A stretch of 64,000 nt of DNA from an uncultured Actinomycetes bacterium (GTDB lineage: Bacteria > Actinomycetota > UBA4738 > JBBDTT01), in assembly GCA_963742735.1 (NCBI GenBank), contig CAVUMN010000003.1, positions 288,001-352,000 of the forward strand. Direction: 5' to 3'. Of the stretch, positions 61,166-64,000 are shown piece after piece. The notes beneath the pieces were generated by a model. That model saw only the letters and a program-made list of their open reading frames with translations, was not told where the DNA came from and searched no databases. How positions within the stretch are numbered: position 1 is the first letter of the stretch; each line of letters starts with the position of its first letter. A program made the translations under genes and the position numbers.

Positions 61166-61641
61166 TGACCTGCGGTTTCTGTTGAGCCGGGCTCCAACGG
61201 ACCTGGCCCCGCTAGACCGATGCTTCTAGCATGCTGACCTGCGCTTTCCCCCCAGTTTCGGCCCAGTTCCGCGCCACCGAACTGGATATTGGGGTGGGGC
61301 CCCCTGCACGCCCCGCGTCACGCGGCCTGACCTGCGGTTTTTGGGAGAACGCTTCTACCGTTCTGACCTGCGGTTTTCATGGGGCTTGGCTTCATCCGAG
61401 CGACCTGCAACAACCCGCCCCCAAGCCGTGGATGATCCACGCTGACCTGCGGTTTTGGGTCGCCGGGGCGTCATGCGATGAACCCTTCCGACCTGCGGTT
61501 ATCCCGTGGCCCCCCCCTACCCGCCGGTTCTACCGGTCTGACCTGCGGCTTTCGTGTGTCGTGGGCCCCCAACCCCCGTGCTTGTGAGGCACTAGGCTTT
61601 CGAGCGATGATCGTTCGTGACCTGCGGTTTTTGGGTCGCCG
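61166..61641 (+). repeat. array of nine TGACCTGCGGTTT-type motifs
   Basis: Copies start at 61166, 61235, 61328, 61364, 61401 (degenerate), 61443, 61489, 61539, 61618. Confidence 0.9.
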
Positions 61642-61654
61642 ATCCCGCCGTCGA

Positions 61655-61672
61655 TGCAAACGCTCTGCAAAC
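61655..61672 (+). promoter_or_regulatory. putative integrase arm-type sites TGCAAAC-N4-TGCAAAC
   Basis: Same doublet as 52555-52572. Confidence 0.7.
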
Positions 61673-61791
61673 GAACGCCGCACGTTCAAGCCTCGGCGAG
61701 ACGGACGGGGGTGGACAGGACGAGATGTGTTCCCGCACGGCCCAGCACGGGGCCGGACGCGACCTAGCTTGAGCGGACAGCGATCAGCAAA

Positions 61792-61837
61792 CTCATAACC
61801 CAGAGGTCACAGGTTCAAATCCTGTCCCCGCGACAAA
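61792..61837 (+). repeat. attR, 3' half of tRNA-fMet
   Basis: CTCATAACCCAGAGGTCACAGGTTCAAATCCTGTCCCCGCGACAAA, identical to 52439-52484. Confidence 0.95.
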
Positions 61838-61840
61838 CGC

Positions 61841-61869
61841 GAAGCCGCAGGTCACGCACCTGCGGCTTC
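61841..61869 (+). terminator. hairpin after attR (probable original tRNA terminator)
   Basis: GAAGCCGCAGGT-CACGC-ACCTGCGGCTTC. Confidence 0.65.
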
Positions 61870-61933
61870 TCGCGTTGAAGGGGCGAATCCCCGGAGTCCG
61901 CGGCGGGTATGAACCAGGGAGGAGGTGGTCGTC

Positions 61934-62176
61934 GTGGCCGATCTCAGCCCCAAGCAGCGAGCACGGATCCCGAGCAAGAAGTTCGGGCTTCCCGAGAAGG
62001 CGCGCACGCCCGACGCCAAGAAGGAATCCGGCAACTACCCGATACCCGACCGTAAGCACGCGGTGAGCGCCAAGGGCCGTGCCAAGGCTCAGCTCAAGCG
62101 CGGAAACCTCACCAAGGACCAGTACGAGCGCGTGGTTCGCAAGGCGGACCGGGTCCTGAAGAAGGACGGCGCTTAG
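61934..62176 (+). CDS. small basic protein (DUF6582-like)
   Basis: LSPKQRARIP...FGLP...YPIPDRKHA; GGAGGAGG RBS. Confidence 0.7.
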   Translation: MADLSPKQRARIPSKKFGLPEKARTPDAKKESGNYPIPDRKHAVSAKGRAKAQLKRGNLTKDQYERVVRKADRVLKKDGA

Positions 62177-62203
62177 CCCGAACGGGCTGGTCCCAGACCC
62201 ACC

Positions 62204-62230
62204 AGGAAGGGGCGCTCGGCGCCCCTTCCT
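62204..62230 (+). terminator. hairpin terminator
   Basis: AGGAAGGGGCGC-TCG-GCGCCCCTTCCT. Confidence 0.7.
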
Positions 62231-62501
62231 CCCGTTTGATCCCTTCTGTGCCTCCCGACCCCCCTGCTTACGGGCCATTTTTCTCCCGGGAGGGCGTATC
62301 CCTCGTGCTCCCGCGGCGCTTTGACGGAATAAGAAAGTCGGTTGCCGAAGGGGACTTCCCTACGGCCCGAGTCGAGAGGTCTGTTCGTATGACGGAAGCG
62401 TGGTCCCGAGTACTCGCAGCGGGGGTCGGTTTCTGCTACCGTCCGGCCTCGAGCGGGCGAGGACCCGGACGGCTCCGCGTCCCCGATGGGAGGTGTTCGG
62501 T

Positions 62502-63614
62502 TTGAAGACGAAGTTTCGTGTTCTGGTCGGGGCGGCGGCGTTCGTCGTACTGACCATTTTTGCGCTCTCCCCCGCGATGGCGGCCCCTGCGGGCAGCTAT
62601 TCGGGAGTGGCGGACGGGACGGCACTGTCGCTCTCCGTTTCCACAGGCGGCGACCCGATTCTGTCGGTCGACGCCGGTATCACGCACGCTGAGGTCGACT
62701 CCTCGCCGCACGCGGCAGGGTCGGGCGCCGGCCTCGTTCAGCTTCCGGGAACGATTGCTGAGACCGACGCTCCGCCGGACGACACCAAGTCGGCCGAGCT
62801 CCTGAGCGTGCCGATCGGGGACCCGAACACCGCCGGCCTTGAGGTCGGAGTCGCGCGCGGAAGCTCCACGTCCGAGACCACGGGCGACCCGAGCTCGAGG
62901 AACGTCGGTGAGCTTCTCGCCGTCAACCTCAACGCGGCCAACCTGCTGGGGACGAACGACTTCGCGGTCCGCAGCACGGCGGACGTGGTCGTCGACGGCC
63001 AGCTGGTCACCGCGACCGGTCACTCGGACGAGGTGGTCATCACCCTGGCGCTCGGTGACGAGCTCGTGTCTCCGGTGTGTGACCTGCTCGACGCTCTGCC
63101 GCTCGGCCTCGGTGAGGCCTGTGACAGCGCGGTCGACCAGGTTCAGCTCCTGACCACGGTCATCACCGTCAGGATCCTTCCGGCGACGGTTGAGTGCGTC
63201 TACGACGGCAACACCGGACTGGCGAGCGTTCCGACGGCTGAGGCGGCCCTTCTGACCGTCCAGCTGTTCGACGCGGAGCCCATCGCGGTGAGCGCCGGCC
63301 AGACGATCGACCTGCTCGACGGTACCCCGCTGCACATCCACGCCATCGTGAGCGACGTGTCCACGGTCGTGGAAGGCAACAGTGCGAGCGCCCGCGCAAG
63401 CGGCCTCGTGGTGGAGCTCTTCGAGGATGTGCTTCCACAGGTGCGTCTCGCGGCGTCCGACGTGACGTGCGGTGTCTCCGGCGAACTGCCGGTCGAGCCG
63501 CCGCCGGTCCCGCGGACCCCCGTGACGGGTGGAGCTCTCCCGCCGATCATGCTCGGCGCGGCGGCTCTCGTCCTGGTGGGTCTCGGGGCGCGGAGGTTCG
63601 CGAAGGTCGCCTAG
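62502..63614 (+). CDS. secreted sortase-anchored surface protein
   Basis: Signal peptide AMA; C-terminal TPVTG + TM + RRFAK; sortase gene follows. Confidence 0.75.
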   Translation: MKTKFRVLVGAAAFVVLTIFALSPAMAAPAGSYSGVADGTALSLSVSTGGDPILSVDAGITHAEVDSSPHAAGSGAGLVQLPGTIAETDAPPDDTKSAELLSVPIGDPNTAGLEVGVARGSSTSETTGDPSSRNVGELLAVNLNAANLLGTNDFAVRSTADVVVDGQLVTATGHSDEVVITLALGDELVSPVCDLLDALPLGLGEACDSAVDQVQLLTTVITVRILPATVECVYDGNTGLASVPTAEAALLTVQLFDAEPIAVSAGQTIDLLDGTPLHIHAIVSDVSTVVEGNSASARASGLVVELFEDVLPQVRLAASDVTCGVSGELPVEPPPVPRTPVTGGALPPIMLGAAALVLVGLGARRFAKVA

Positions 63615-63654
63615 GCGACCGGACCGATACCTTCCTACCCAGGGAGAATTTCAA

Positions 63655-64000
63655 ATGACGCGGGACGACAGTTGGATCAACGGCGAGGACGTCCCGCCGA
63701 AGGCAGAGGGCTCGGGGCGCCGCGGCGACAGCCGCCGCGGCGCCTCCGGTCCGCCGGCGGACACCCGATGGCGCAAGCGCAAGGGGGTCCGTAGGGCCCT
63801 CAACACGCTCTCGGTGGTCCTGGTCCTCGGTGGTGTCGGCCTCCTCGCCTTCCCGTTCGCCACGAACATGTGGGCGGACCACCGGCAGGGGGAGCTGGCG
63901 CAGGAGTTCGGACGCGAAGAGCTCCGCAGCGCGTACGTGCAGCACACCATCAAGCCGGGGCAGGCGCTGACCCGCCTGCGGATCCCCAAGCTCGGGGTGG
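63655..64000 (+). CDS. sortase (class E-like), partial
   Basis: Frame open to window end; N-terminal TM, then ALTRLRIPKLGV. Confidence 0.75.
   Translation, partial: MTRDDSWINGEDVPPKAEGSGRRGDSRRGASGPPADTRWRKRKGVRRALNTLSVVLVLGGVGLLAFPFATNMWADHRQGELAQEFGREELRSAYVQHTIKPGQALTRLRIPKLGV

Larger units (their letters stand above)
52439..61837. mobile_element. tRNA-fMet-integrated element (~9.4 kb), phage-satellite-like
   Basis: 46-bp att repeats, tyrosine integrase, xis, HTH regulators, DUF3987; no recognisable capsid, tail or conjugation genes. Confidence 0.92.

Noticed and set aside
61166-61641. CRISPR array
   Set aside because: Repeats are only about 13 bp and degenerate, spacing is irregular (36-93 bp), and no cas genes are present
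61792-61837. second tRNA-Met gene
   Set aside because: Only the 3' half from the anticodon loop is present; it is attR
52439-61837. intact prophage or conjugative AICE
   Set aside because: No recognisable structural, lysis, large terminase, relaxase or TraB/FtsK genes
62231-62501. riboswitch in the long leader of the sortase substrate gene
   Set aside because: One hairpin (CCGTCCGG/CCGGACGG) but no recognisable c-di-AMP, c-di-GMP or other consensus; an Rfam scan would be needed

Overview
A 64 kb, very high-GC window, most consistent with an actinobacterium (evidence: GlnR box, amtB-glnK-glnD, UPF0182, Pol-PE-Lig LigD, many leaderless genes). Bases 1-52400 are chromosomal housekeeping and accessory genes: AlkA glycosylase, an ECF42 sigma factor with DGPF genes, rmuC, parA, ku/ligD, hotdog thioesterases, nitrogen assimilation, gdh, upp with a nucleoside ABC transporter, aroF, fused ahbAB, an mreB-like gene, a sensor kinase and UPF0182. 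Frameshifts cluster at about 7.5-13.6 kb and are probably sequencing indels. Two observations stand out. (1) A complete ribosome-mediated attenuator lies upstream of DAHP synthase; its 18-aa leader peptide carries Phe, Tyr and Trp codons together (FTYRWYF), with overlapping antiterminator and terminator hairpins. (2) A 9.4 kb element is integrated in tRNA-fMet between 46-bp att repeats and is organised like a phage satellite: an integrase with a Zn-ribbon insertion, divergent HTH regulators, xis, DUF3987, two paralogous terminase-small-subunit-like genes, secreted cargo, and a non-CRISPR array of nine TGACCTGCGGTTT-type motifs next to attR. All protein family calls come from reading motifs by eye; no database searches were run.
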